32,000 bases of DNA, taken from NCBI GenBank assembly GCA_008932965.1, contig WBXG01000009.1, positions 4,145-36,144 on the forward strand, given 5' to 3'. The notes beneath the pieces are model-generated. The model saw nothing but the letters and a program-made list of their open reading frames with translations. It was not told the DNA's origin and ran no database searches. This stretch comes from Verrucomicrobiota bacterium (GTDB taxonomy: Bacteria; Verrucomicrobiota; Verrucomicrobiia; Chthoniobacterales; UBA6821). A program made the translations under genes and the position numbers. Shown one piece after another: positions 7,019-15,820 of the stretch (position 1 is its first letter; each line of letters opens with the position of its first letter).

Positions 7019-9637
7019 ATGTATTTTTCAACTGAGATTAGAAATTATTTTTTTGGAATCTGTAACAAAAAATGTTTCTTCATTAGGTTTCTAGCGCTTC
7101 TTTTTCTTCCCTTTTGTTTATTAAGTTCTCTTAGGTCAGAAAACTCCGGTGATCCTGCTCAAGAATTTCTTATTGCCTACCAAAACTTTCAGCAGGCAGA
7201 GCGTCTTGAGCGTGCTGGAAAACAGAGTGAAGCCATTACGAAATATCAATATTCAGAAGGTATCCTCAAGGCTCTAAGCACTAATAATCCCGACTGGCAA
7301 CAGCCTGTTGTTGATTATCGGTTGCATAAAGTAAGGGATAGTCTTGCACGTCTCAACGCTACTGTGCACCAAACAACCTCGGACCATGATGAGTCCTTTG
7401 AAAAAACCCCTTTCCAAGAGGGGCCTGCCAATAACTACAAGCCCTCCGGCAAGAGTATTTCTGACACTAAAGAAGAACAGAACTTAAAGGAAGGCCCTAG
7501 TATCTCCATTACCCCTCCTTCAACAAAAAAAAATCTTCCTAATCCTCAAATTGCTCAACTTCAACAACAGCTTCAAAAATCAGAATTAGAGCTCAAAAAA
7601 GTGCTGCAAAATCTCCATGATAAAACCATTGAACTTGATCACTCTAAGGTTGTTATTATCGACATGAAGTCTCAGCTAGAGAAAACAGAACGGCAAGTTT
7701 CCGATTTAAAGACTGATCTTTCAAAAGCAAATCTACGTGGAATGCAGCGCGAAGAGGCACTACAGCAATCTGTAAGAACATTAGAAAGCAAATTAGATGC
7801 TCTTACAGCGGAGCAAGAGATTGTTTTAGAGGAAAACAAACAATTGCAAGATCACTTAAATCAAGCAGAGGCTTCGCTTACTGCAGCAATGGGTGCAAGG
7901 CAACATTTAGAGGATTTGCAATTAGAGGTGAACAAAGAAAAAAATAATGCTGCTTTGCTGCACCAGAAACTTCTTATCTCTCAGAGTGAGTATAAAGCAA
8001 CCAGTGAGCTGAACAGTACGCTTAAAAAACAACTTTTAGAAGCTAATGCATCACTGACTCAATCTGAAAAACAAGCAAAGGAAGCAAGTGCTTTGCGTAT
8101 CCAGCTCGATAACCTTCGTGCTGATGATGCCTCTTTACAAGCACAGATTAGTGCAATGAATAAGGATCAACAGGAAAATTCTAATCACCTGAAGGAGGTT
8201 GCTCAAACAGCACAATGCGAGTACCAGGTGTTAGAAACTAAAAAAATAGAAATTGAAAAAAAACTCTCTGAGGCAAATGAAAAAATAAAAAAACTAGAGA
8301 ATAATTTACTGCATCAAGATGCAATGGAGGAAGAGATCGCTCACTATAAAAAAGAACTCCAGGAGAGTTCCCTGAAATTAATAGATCAAGAAAAGAAAAT
8401 TACTGAATTAGAGAAAGCGAAGCCAGAAAATGATCAAATTTTGAACGCAAAAGAAAAAGAACTGGCCTTTGAGCGTCTTAATTCTGAAAAGCTCCTCAAA
8501 GATCTTGCTACTGCAACTCAGAAAATATCAGTTCTGCAGGAAGAGGTGCACCTCAAGGATGATCATTATAGCGAGCTCAAAAAACAATTGGATAGTAAAA
8601 GTGAAGAGCTCTTAGCGATTCAGAAAAAAGAAGATCCTTATCAGATAGACGAGAATGCTATTGTTGAAAATCAATTACTCAAAGGCATTGTTATTCGTGC
8701 ATTGAAAGCAGAAGCAAAACGACAGCAAATCAAAAAACTTATCACCGATGACCTCCAAAAACTTAAAGTGAATTCTGTGACCCTATCCAATGAGCTAAAA
8801 AGATTAGCAAAACCTATGAAGCTGACTCCCGATGAAAAAGCTCTATTCAAAGATGTTCCTACGCTACCCACTTCTTCGGTAACTGAAGAAGAAGAGAATG
8901 ATGATTTCTTAATGCTCGCAGCAGTTGCTACTAAAAAAGAAGACCATTCGAATTTAAAAGAAGAGTCAGCTCACTCACAGAATTCTCCTTCAGCGACTTC
9001 TAATATCACTCAAGAAGATAAAAGTGCTGATCACAGTTCTAATAATGTTGGTCCTGTAAATGGAAAAAATAATGCTGAAACTTCACAAAAACATCGTGAA
9101 TTAATTGCTGCTGCGAAAGAAGAGTTTGAGCATCACAACTATTTTGAAGCAGAAAAAAAATTCCAGGATGCAATCACAATCTCCCCTGATGACTACTTAA
9201 CACTTTCTAATTTAGGTGTGGTTCAATTTCAACTTGGTAAAATGGCTGAGGCTGAATCTGTACTAAAAAAGGCTGTAGCATTAGATCATAAAAAATCTTT
9301 TGCACTCACGACGCTTGGAATTGTGGAATATCGTCAAGAAAAAATGAGTGAGGCAGAGAAGGATTTAAGGGAAGCTATCGCGATTAATGATCAAGATTTT
9401 ACAGCGCATAATTACTTGGGAATTGTACTCGCAGCATCGGGTAAGGGAAAAGCTGGTGAAAGTGAAATCATGAAGGCTTTGGAGATTAATCCACAATATG
9501 CTGATGCTCATTTTAACTTAGCTGTGATTTATGCAACGAGTATGCCTCCAGCAAAAGAGATAGCAAAATCCCACTATCAAAAAGCGATTGGATTGGGCGC
9601 TCCCACAGATGTATCTCTTGAAAAGATACTAAATTAA
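7019..9637 (+). CDS. Secreted or membrane-anchored coiled-coil protein with C-terminal TPR repeats
   Basis: Hydrophobic N-terminal signal or anchor (FIRFLALLFLPFCLLSS). About 450 aa of heptad-like Q/E/K/L-rich sequence. The C-terminus has TPR-like repeats (LSNLGVVQFQLGKMAEAESVLKKAVALD; AHNYLGIVLAASGKGKAGESEIMKALEINPQYADAHFNLAVIY). The TAA stop at 9635-9637 is in the terminus of element copy D. Confidence 0.8.
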   Translation: MYFSTEIRNYFFGICNKKCFFIRFLALLFLPFCLLSSLRSENSGDPAQEFLIAYQNFQQAERLERAGKQSEAITKYQYSEGILKALSTNNPDWQQPVVDYRLHKVRDSLARLNATVHQTTSDHDESFEKTPFQEGPANNYKPSGKSISDTKEEQNLKEGPSISITPPSTKKNLPNPQIAQLQQQLQKSELELKKVLQNLHDKTIELDHSKVVIIDMKSQLEKTERQVSDLKTDLSKANLRGMQREEALQQSVRTLESKLDALTAEQEIVLEENKQLQDHLNQAEASLTAAMGARQHLEDLQLEVNKEKNNAALLHQKLLISQSEYKATSELNSTLKKQLLEANASLTQSEKQAKEASALRIQLDNLRADDASLQAQISAMNKDQQENSNHLKEVAQTAQCEYQVLETKKIEIEKKLSEANEKIKKLENNLLHQDAMEEEIAHYKKELQESSLKLIDQEKKITELEKAKPENDQILNAKEKELAFERLNSEKLLKDLATATQKISVLQEEVHLKDDHYSELKKQLDSKSEELLAIQKKEDPYQIDENAIVENQLLKGIVIRALKAEAKRQQIKKLITDDLQKLKVNSVTLSNELKRLAKPMKLTPDEKALFKDVPTLPTSSVTEEEENDDFLMLAAVATKKEDHSNLKEESAHSQNSPSATSNITQEDKSADHSSNNVGPVNGKNNAETSQKHRELIAAAKEEFEHHNYFEAEKKFQDAITISPDDYLTLSNLGVVQFQLGKMAEAESVLKKAVALDHKKSFALTTLGIVEYRQEKMSEAEKDLREAIAINDQDFTAHNYLGIVLAASGKGKAGESEIMKALEINPQYADAHFNLAVIYATSMPPAKEIAKSHYQKAIGLGAPTDVSLEKILN

Positions 9638-9822
9638 CCCGAATATTTCATACCGACCTATTGCGAAGATGGGAAAATTAGACGGATACTGCGTTAGAGT
9701 CATATTTTGACTTAGGCGATGGGGACTCATATAGCTCGGCATCACAATACTTCTCCCACCGTATACGAATACGTTTTGAAGCGTTGCCCGATAATACGTC
9801 AATTTAAAATATTCAGGTTTAA
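9634..9822 (+). mobile_element. Palindromic MITE-like element, copy D (right TIR degenerate)
   Basis: Left end TTAACCCGAATATTTCATACCGA. The interior GGATACTGCGTTAGAGTCATATTTTGACTTAGG matches copies L and O. Right end AAAATATTCAGGTTTAA. It occupies the whole gap between two convergent stop codons. Confidence 0.8.
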
Positions 9823-11288
9823 AAAGTCATGCTTGCTCTCATTCCAACCACAAAGGCATTGGGATATGCTTGAGTGACTCCAGGATGAATGACGTATTGT
9901 ATATCAGGTTGAACCGTGAACCATGGAGTGAGTTGAGCCTGATAGGTAAGTTCTATGTCAAAAGCTGTATTTGCAGGAGAGGTTCCTTTGTTTTGTTGTA
10001 TGGTGCTAATCCCTTGATTGCTGAGTAAACCATAAACAAATGCAAGACCAAGGAGATCTTGATTTCTGGTAGGAATAATTCCTTTGTAGTTCAAACCCGA
10101 ATCGCAGTAAAAGTTGAAAATATTGCGATCACCTGGTTCAAAAGCAATACGATGAAAAACTCCAAGACCTTGATCACTCTTGACCTCAGTAATTTTTATA
10201 TCATTAGGTTTTGAATCACTTTGGTGAACGTTTTGATTGGGACAATAAACCTTTTGATCAATGATTCCATAGATACCGTAGTTTCCAGGAAACGAATCAT
10301 TTGGGTTACTAAAATTAGTAAATGTAGAAGAGCTAAACCAAGCACCTGCTTTGATTTTTCCGGGTAAGGTGCAGTGATAACGATAGGCTGCTTCTGTAAG
10401 ATAAAGATATCCTTGGTTTGAATTCAGGTTCCAATCAAAACCGTGGTTATTCACATTTTGTGGGTAGACATTTCCCTGAAAGAGAGCTGCTTTAAAGGAA
10501 AATTGATCATTCGGTTCCAACTTGAGACGTACTCCGGGAGCCCCAACTGGGTAGCCAGGCCCTCCATTTGGAATACTGGTAAAGATGAATGCAGGCCATC
10601 CAAGCGTGTTGTTGAGGAAGAGAGCTGCATAGTCAGAAATGACAAATTCCGAATCAGCATCCATCTGGCCTACACGCAGAGAAATTTTATCATCAAAAAA
10701 TGTTTGCTCGAGCCAGAGCTCAATATTTCTAATGGTGCTATAACCGGTAATACTAGAGACCCCAAATATATCACCTACTAAATTTACTGATGGGTCTTGG
10801 CCATCTAGATAAAGCCAACGTGAGTAAAAGGTGCCACCTTTCCAATGAATGATTTTTTCTAAATTAACCGTTGTTGCCAACTGAAGAACAGAAGCGTAAA
10901 CACTCCCCGTTTTCATTCCTCCTGTTGTGTTTCCCCAAACTTCATTAATGAAGGAAAAACCGAGATCGATTCCTTCTTTTGAAAGGGTATCTCTTACCCC
11001 AAACCAATCTCCTGTAGCATTATTCTTTTCCAACCATGGTTGAAACTTGCGAATAGATTGATTTTGATCAGGCGTTGTTTCTAAACCAGCATCCAGATTG
11101 CTTTCCGGCATCTGAAGCTGATTTATATGAAACAAGGGATTGGGATCATCGTTATTAAGGACTGGGGAGAGGGGCTCTGCTTTGAGTGATTGGCTCACAA
11201 ACAACATCACTAAAAATACAAAGAACAGTACCAATCTTGAAAAAACATCAGAGGTTATAAGTACAAGCTTCATGAAAAAAATGAGCAC
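9819..11288 (-). CDS. Carbohydrate-selective porin, OprB family
   Basis: Signal peptide ending SLKA/EP. The block GDWFGVRDTLSKEGIDLGFSFINEVWGNTTGGMKTGSVYASVLQLATTVNLEKIIHWKGGTFYSRWLY ... LRVGQMDADSEF follows the OprB-family signature as I recall it. It has a C-terminal aromatic residue (F). A later ATG at 11273 is an alternative start. Confidence 0.75.
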   Translation of the reverse strand: MLIFFMKLVLITSDVFSRLVLFFVFLVMLFVSQSLKAEPLSPVLNNDDPNPLFHINQLQMPESNLDAGLETTPDQNQSIRKFQPWLEKNNATGDWFGVRDTLSKEGIDLGFSFINEVWGNTTGGMKTGSVYASVLQLATTVNLEKIIHWKGGTFYSRWLYLDGQDPSVNLVGDIFGVSSITGYSTIRNIELWLEQTFFDDKISLRVGQMDADSEFVISDYAALFLNNTLGWPAFIFTSIPNGGPGYPVGAPGVRLKLEPNDQFSFKAALFQGNVYPQNVNNHGFDWNLNSNQGYLYLTEAAYRYHCTLPGKIKAGAWFSSSTFTNFSNPNDSFPGNYGIYGIIDQKVYCPNQNVHQSDSKPNDIKITEVKSDQGLGVFHRIAFEPGDRNIFNFYCDSGLNYKGIIPTRNQDLLGLAFVYGLLSNQGISTIQQNKGTSPANTAFDIELTYQAQLTPWFTVQPDIQYVIHPGVTQAYPNAFVVGMRASMTF

Positions 11289-11379
11289 TATCTGCTGTTC
11301 ATAAAATTCACTCAGATTTCATCATTCCAAGAAGCTGTACCATTCACATCAATATTCTTGGTCAACATATTTTCTCTAA

Positions 11380-12120
11380 CTAATTTAGGAACTGTGGAAT
11401 TTTTCCTAATCGTTTAGGATGAAGGCCTCTTTTTTTAGAGACGAGCCCGTTTTGAACACAGTACTCAGAGATAGTGGCAACAATTTCACGTGCTGTACGA
11501 CGGCGATCTATAGAAACACCACTACCCATGGCTCCCCCTACAGAACCTCCTGCATTAATAAGAACATTGGAGAGAACAAAGGGACCAATGGGAGTGAATG
11601 CAGCAGCAGCTCCAGGAGCTATTCCCGAACCTCCTGTTGTTTTTATACTTAACAAAATAGGTTGATCTGATTGTTGGGAAAGATCGATAAGTTGAATATT
11701 TGTTTCCATTTTTGTTTTACCTAATCCTAATCCAATTCCTGCTCGTAAGAGTCGGCTCCCTTCCTGGACAGATTCAAAAGAGCCTTTGAGTAACCAGAAA
11801 TTTCCATTAGGTGGTTTTTCTCCAGGTTCCAAAAGAACGGCAGGAGCAATATGTTTATTGAGGCGAAGGATCAAATCATCTGCAAATTGAGTTCGCTCAC
11901 TTTCAATGAGCTTAACAAGCTCTTTTCCTTTTCGATTCACCTGAAAGTGGAGCGTTGGAGCTTCAACTTTTTCAACATAAATCCGTTCAGGGAGTTTTGT
12001 TGGATGCATGCTACTAGGTTGAATATTATTCACGCTTACAGAAGCGCAGCTCATCATTAATAAAGCGATGATGCTGATGATGAAATAACGAAGATAAAAG
12101 AGGAATAGAGAATGCTTCAC
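11380..12120 (-). CDS. Putative lipoprotein (possibly DUF4410-like), likely co-transcribed with the porin
   Basis: Signal peptide with Cys (IIALLMMSCASVS) and a Gly/Ala-rich C-terminal half. The start is moved to in-frame GTG 12120, because the ORF-track N-terminus (12121-12237) is read from element copy E. Confidence 0.6.
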   Translation of the reverse strand: MKHSLFLFYLRYFIISIIALLMMSCASVSVNNIQPSSMHPTKLPERIYVEKVEAPTLHFQVNRKGKELVKLIESERTQFADDLILRLNKHIAPAVLLEPGEKPPNGNFWLLKGSFESVQEGSRLLRAGIGLGLGKTKMETNIQLIDLSQQSDQPILLSIKTTGGSGIAPGAAAAFTPIGPFVLSNVLINAGGSVGGAMGSGVSIDRRRTAREIVATISEYCVQNGLVSKKRGLHPKRLGKIPQFLN

Positions 12121-12140
12121 AATGAGAAAATAAAATCGAA

Positions 12141-12322
12141 TAAATGTGGATATTTCATACCAATCACCTGCGGAGACCGAGAAGCTAGGTGGATAGTACG
12201 TTGATCTCGAAGTCTTCCTCGAGCAGTCTGTACACACAGCAATTATCAGACTTCATCGCTCGCCTGGTCCCATCAGCCTTCGCGACCTCCTCGTCACGAT
12301 CAGTATGAAATATCCGAGTTAA
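12141..12322 (+). mobile_element. Palindromic MITE-like element, copy E
   Basis: Left end TAAATGTGGATATTTCATACCAATC (outermost bases degenerate). Right arm CCATCAGCCTTCGCGACCTCCTCGTCACGATCAGTATGAAATATCCGAGTTAA. Confidence 0.85.
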
Positions 12323-12401
12323 GAGGTTGAGGCTATAAGTTCCATATTTCTTTTAAAACTTTAAACTGTCATATCTCCAAAAATCTTTTCAGTATCAAGG
12401 A

Positions 12402-13664
12402 ATGAATACTGATCTCATCGTTATGATTCCTTTTGTCATTATGCTCCTAGCTGTAGCATTTATGCCCTTTGTACATAGCACTTGGTGGAACTTACATTTT
12501 AAAAAGGTTTCGTTCTTTTTAGCGGGTATCATTATTCTCTATTATCTCCTGGTACGACATGATGTTCCACGGTTGTGTATTCTTTTGAGTGAGTATTTTA
12601 GTTTTATCGTTCTTATTGGATCACTTTTTTTGGTTACTGGGGGAATTTATTTACGTGTTCAGGGTGAAGCAACCCCACTGAGAAACACTATTTTTTTAAT
12701 AGTAGGTTCCATCATGGCAGTTTTCATTGGAACCACAGGAGCCTCCATGCTTCTGATTCGGCCTTGGATTCATAGTAACCGTTATCGCATTACTGCATTT
12801 CATATTATATTTTTCATTTTTATGATTAGCAATATTGGTGGATGTTTGAGTCCTATTGGGGATCCCCCTCTCTTTTTAGGATATCTTCGTGGAGTCCCTT
12901 TTTTTTGGCTTTTTCAACATCTTTGGTTTGCTTGGCTGCTTTCCATGAGTTTACTTGCAGCCATTTTTTATTTTCTAGACAGAAAAAATTTTCTGAAAGC
13001 ACCTCTCTCGGTTCGTACTTTTGAAACATATAACGAGGCTTGGACTTTTAAGGGTCTATTCAATCTTTTCTTTTTAGCAATAATTATTGGAGCGGTTTTT
13101 CTTCCTTCTCCATGGAGAGAAATAATGATGATTCTAGCTGCTTTGAGTTCTTATTTGTTAACTTCAAAAAATATTTTTGTAGCAAATAAATTTACATTTC
13201 ATCCTATAGAAGAGGTTGCATGGCTTTTCTTTGGTATATTTGCCACAATGGTCCCTGTTCTTGATTACCTTGAAGAAAGAGTATCTCTCACTTCTTCTTA
13301 TCCCGCGCTAAAACCCATCCATTTTTATTATTTAACAGGATTTCTTTCCACCTGCCTGGATAATGCACCTACCTACCTGGCATTGCTTCAACTCCATTTA
13401 GGAATGAATGGAATGAGTATAGAGAAAGTCAATGATGTCGCCTATGTTGCCATGAACAATCCACAATTTCTTACTGCGATTGCTCTTGGAGCGGTTTTCT
13501 TTGGAGCAACTACCTACATTGGTAATGGTCCTAACTTTATGGTAAAAAGTATCGCGGAAGATGCAGAGATTCGTATGCCAAATTTTGTGCATTATATCTT
13601 GTGCTATTCGTTACCAATTTTAGCTCCTATCTTGTTTCTCATTGGATGGGTTTTTTTCCACTAA
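12402..13664 (+). CDS. Polytopic ion-transporter-superfamily permease (ArsB/NhaD/CitMHS-like; often annotated sodium:proton antiporter)
   Basis: About 11-12 hydrophobic segments, with motifs DNAPTYLALL and GNGPNFMVKSIAE. The family assignment is from memory only. The TAA stop at 13662-13664 lies in the terminus of element copy F. Confidence 0.6.
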   Translation: MNTDLIVMIPFVIMLLAVAFMPFVHSTWWNLHFKKVSFFLAGIIILYYLLVRHDVPRLCILLSEYFSFIVLIGSLFLVTGGIYLRVQGEATPLRNTIFLIVGSIMAVFIGTTGASMLLIRPWIHSNRYRITAFHIIFFIFMISNIGGCLSPIGDPPLFLGYLRGVPFFWLFQHLWFAWLLSMSLLAAIFYFLDRKNFLKAPLSVRTFETYNEAWTFKGLFNLFFLAIIIGAVFLPSPWREIMMILAALSSYLLTSKNIFVANKFTFHPIEEVAWLFFGIFATMVPVLDYLEERVSLTSSYPALKPIHFYYLTGFLSTCLDNAPTYLALLQLHLGMNGMSIEKVNDVAYVAMNNPQFLTAIALGAVFFGATTYIGNGPNFMVKSIAEDAEIRMPNFVHYILCYSLPILAPILFLIGWVFFH

Positions 13665-13714
13665 CCCGGATATTTCATACTGATCGTGAGGAGGAGGCCG
13701 TGAAGGCTGATGGG
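13661..13714. repeat. Palindromic element copy F (single arm only)
   Basis: CTAACCCGGATATTTCATACTGATCGTGAGGAGGAGGCCGTGAAGGCTGATGG, then unrelated sequence. No partner TIR occurs before the next gene. Confidence 0.8.
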
Positions 13715-13750
13715 CAACCATACCCTGCTATCACTTCTTTTTAAGTTGCT

Positions 13751-15241
13751 CTAATGAATGAACTCCTCTTCAAGAGAAACCTTGTTAGTAGCATTCTCTT
13801 TACAGAAGCGTACATAGCTTGGAGTAGTAATGAAAAAGTAGAATAGAAGAGCAACGGAAGCAACGTAGAGTGGTCTTTGATCAAAATAGATCAACCATAG
13901 ATACATCATGAATGGACCTGTTAAAATTATTAATGTCTTAAGGCTCGTTTTTCTTGTTAACTGAATGGTTCCATAAATACTCATCACGATAACAAGTGAG
14001 AGGTTCATTATTAGGAGATCATGCTTGGGTATAGTCCCTAGAATCATAGAGAGTGGAATAAATACGCAGGCACCGAAATACCGTAGTTTTGGCTTTAACG
14101 CTCCCATGCTTATAGGAGCAGCCATGTAACCGAGAATATAGTATCCAGAAACAATCAGCATGAGCGTTGCCCAACTTTGAGAATTCCATAAAACAATAGC
14201 GACCAAAACCCAGTTAATAAGTAAGGATCGTCTGCAAATATTGTATACAGGATTCAATTTTGAGATAGTCCATTTAGGCATTTGTCCTTCAGCTGCCATG
14301 GCATAGAACATGCGAGATGAGGCTCCCAGATAGGCATAGCCAGTGCCTGTTGGGCTAACAAGACTATCTGCTGTTAGAAGTAGGGCTAAGAAGTTGAGGC
14401 CTAGGATTAGTGCTAAATTCATCAAAGGCGAATGAAAATTAAGTCCAGCCCAACCTTGCGATAGAAACACTTTTGGTACAGCACCCATAAATGAAAATTG
14501 CAGAGCCATATAGACAAACATGATCAACAAAACAGAACAGATCATCGATAAAGGGATGTTTTTTCTTGGATTTTTAACCTCACTAGCAAAAGCAGCTGCC
14601 AGTTGAAATCCATTATACGAGTAAATAAGACCTGCTCCTAAAATGGCATTGATCGCTGAACCAGAGTTGTAGATGGTGTTACTTGCTAGTGAAAAATTGC
14701 TTTTGTCAAAGCGTGTAATTAAAAAAAGAGTGATAGCAAAAAGAGGAGTGAAAATTTTTAGAGCTGTGATTGTATTGTTGACTTTAGAGAGGAGTCGAAC
14801 TCCATAAAAGTTGACCATCAAATAGAAAAGTAAAATCACCATAGCAAATAATTTTCCATTATAGGTCAGACCATTATTATTCATCAGTATCTCATTTTTT
14901 ATATAGGCTGAAAGATACTCGGTGGTTGCCTGTGCTTCAGTTGGTACTGAGATGATTAGGCCAAACCAGTTTGCGAATGCAAAGGGCATTCCAAAAATGG
15001 CATTGTGTGATAATGAGCTAGAGCGTGTGGTGGCTCCTCTTACTGGATAAATAGCAACAACATGAGCTAGGCAGAGTCCTACAGCTAAAACAAGTAAAGC
15101 TGCCAAAAACCATGCTAAAAAAGCATAATTACCTGCAAGTCGTGCATTAAGTTGTGCGCTAAATAGCCATCCAGATCCGATCATGGCAGTAGCACTGATA
15201 GCCGTAGCGCTTAGGAGTGATACTTTTCTGTGTCGTTGCAT
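13751..15241 (-). CDS. Amino acid permease, APC superfamily
   Basis: 496 aa with about 12 TM segments. The N-terminal motif LLSATAISATAMIGSGWLF is typical of APC transporters. Confidence 0.8.
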   Translation of the reverse strand: MQRHRKVSLLSATAISATAMIGSGWLFSAQLNARLAGNYAFLAWFLAALLVLAVGLCLAHVVAIYPVRGATTRSSSLSHNAIFGMPFAFANWFGLIISVPTEAQATTEYLSAYIKNEILMNNNGLTYNGKLFAMVILLFYLMVNFYGVRLLSKVNNTITALKIFTPLFAITLFLITRFDKSNFSLASNTIYNSGSAINAILGAGLIYSYNGFQLAAAFASEVKNPRKNIPLSMICSVLLIMFVYMALQFSFMGAVPKVFLSQGWAGLNFHSPLMNLALILGLNFLALLLTADSLVSPTGTGYAYLGASSRMFYAMAAEGQMPKWTISKLNPVYNICRRSLLINWVLVAIVLWNSQSWATLMLIVSGYYILGYMAAPISMGALKPKLRYFGACVFIPLSMILGTIPKHDLLIMNLSLVIVMSIYGTIQLTRKTSLKTLIILTGPFMMYLWLIYFDQRPLYVASVALLFYFFITTPSYVRFCKENATNKVSLEEEFIH

Positions 15242-15367
15242 ACTTTTTACTAGGTTTGCTAAGACAAGAAATGCTGAACTGTTAGGAAATGAAAAGGAAG
15301 ACTCTTTTAAAAAAATATTGCCTCATGGAGTTTTGATCATTACCCTCAGACTCCTAATTAAAATATG

Positions 15368-15525
15368 CAGTCCTGATATTTTATGCTGATCGTACCATCA
15401 CTAATTAAGAAGCCATCAGGCAGATTGCTTTGGTAGTATTCAATGAGCGAGAAGAATGGAGGCTAGCGAGTCAAACGCGGCATCCATGAAGCTCTCTTTG
15501 TGGATAGAGAGAAACTTCGGGTTAA
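15368..15525 (-). mobile_element. Palindromic MITE-like element, copy G (degenerate, inverted relative to most copies)
   Basis: Left end GTCCTGATATTTTATGCTGATCGTACC, right end GAAACTTCGGGTTAA. The interior reverse complement contains CATGGATGCCGCGTTTGACTCGCT, matching copy H. It ends 8 nt before tRNA-Val. Confidence 0.7.
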
Positions 15526-15533
15526 TTTTATTT

Positions 15534-15608
15534 GCGCGGTTAGCTCAGCGGTAGAGCACTACACTGACACTGTAGGGGTCGGCAGTTCGAACCTGCCATC
15601 GCGCACCA
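15534..15608 (+). tRNA. tRNA-Val (anticodon GAC), CCA encoded
   Basis: Hand-folded cloverleaf. Acceptor GCGCGGT/ATCGCGC, D stem GCTC/GAGC, anticodon stem CTACA/TGTAG with loop CTGACAC, variable GGGTC, T stem GGCAG/CTGCC with loop TTCGAAC, then ACCA. Confidence 0.92.
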
Positions 15609-15613
15609 TGAAG

Positions 15614-15820
15614 TTAGTGTATTTCACACCGATCTACTGCGGAGACCATGAAATCACATGGATGCGGCGTTAGACTCCCATTGTGACTTGGGAAGTATGT
15701 ACTTATACAGCCGTCGTCAAATTACGTGTCTGCGTTGACTCGCTCACTCCCGACCGCCGGCGGTGCCCCGTTAGCCTTCGCAGCTCCCTCCTTACGATCA
15801 GTATGAAATATCCGGGCTAG
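15614..15820 (+). mobile_element. Palindromic MITE-like element, copy H (long variant); its right end overlaps the dnaE 3' end
   Basis: Left end TTAGTGTATTTCACACCGATCTACTGCGGAGACC, with a small deletion in the TIR. Right end CCTCCTTACGATCAGTATGAAATATCCGGGCTAG. It starts 6 nt after the tRNA-Val CCA. Confidence 0.85.
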
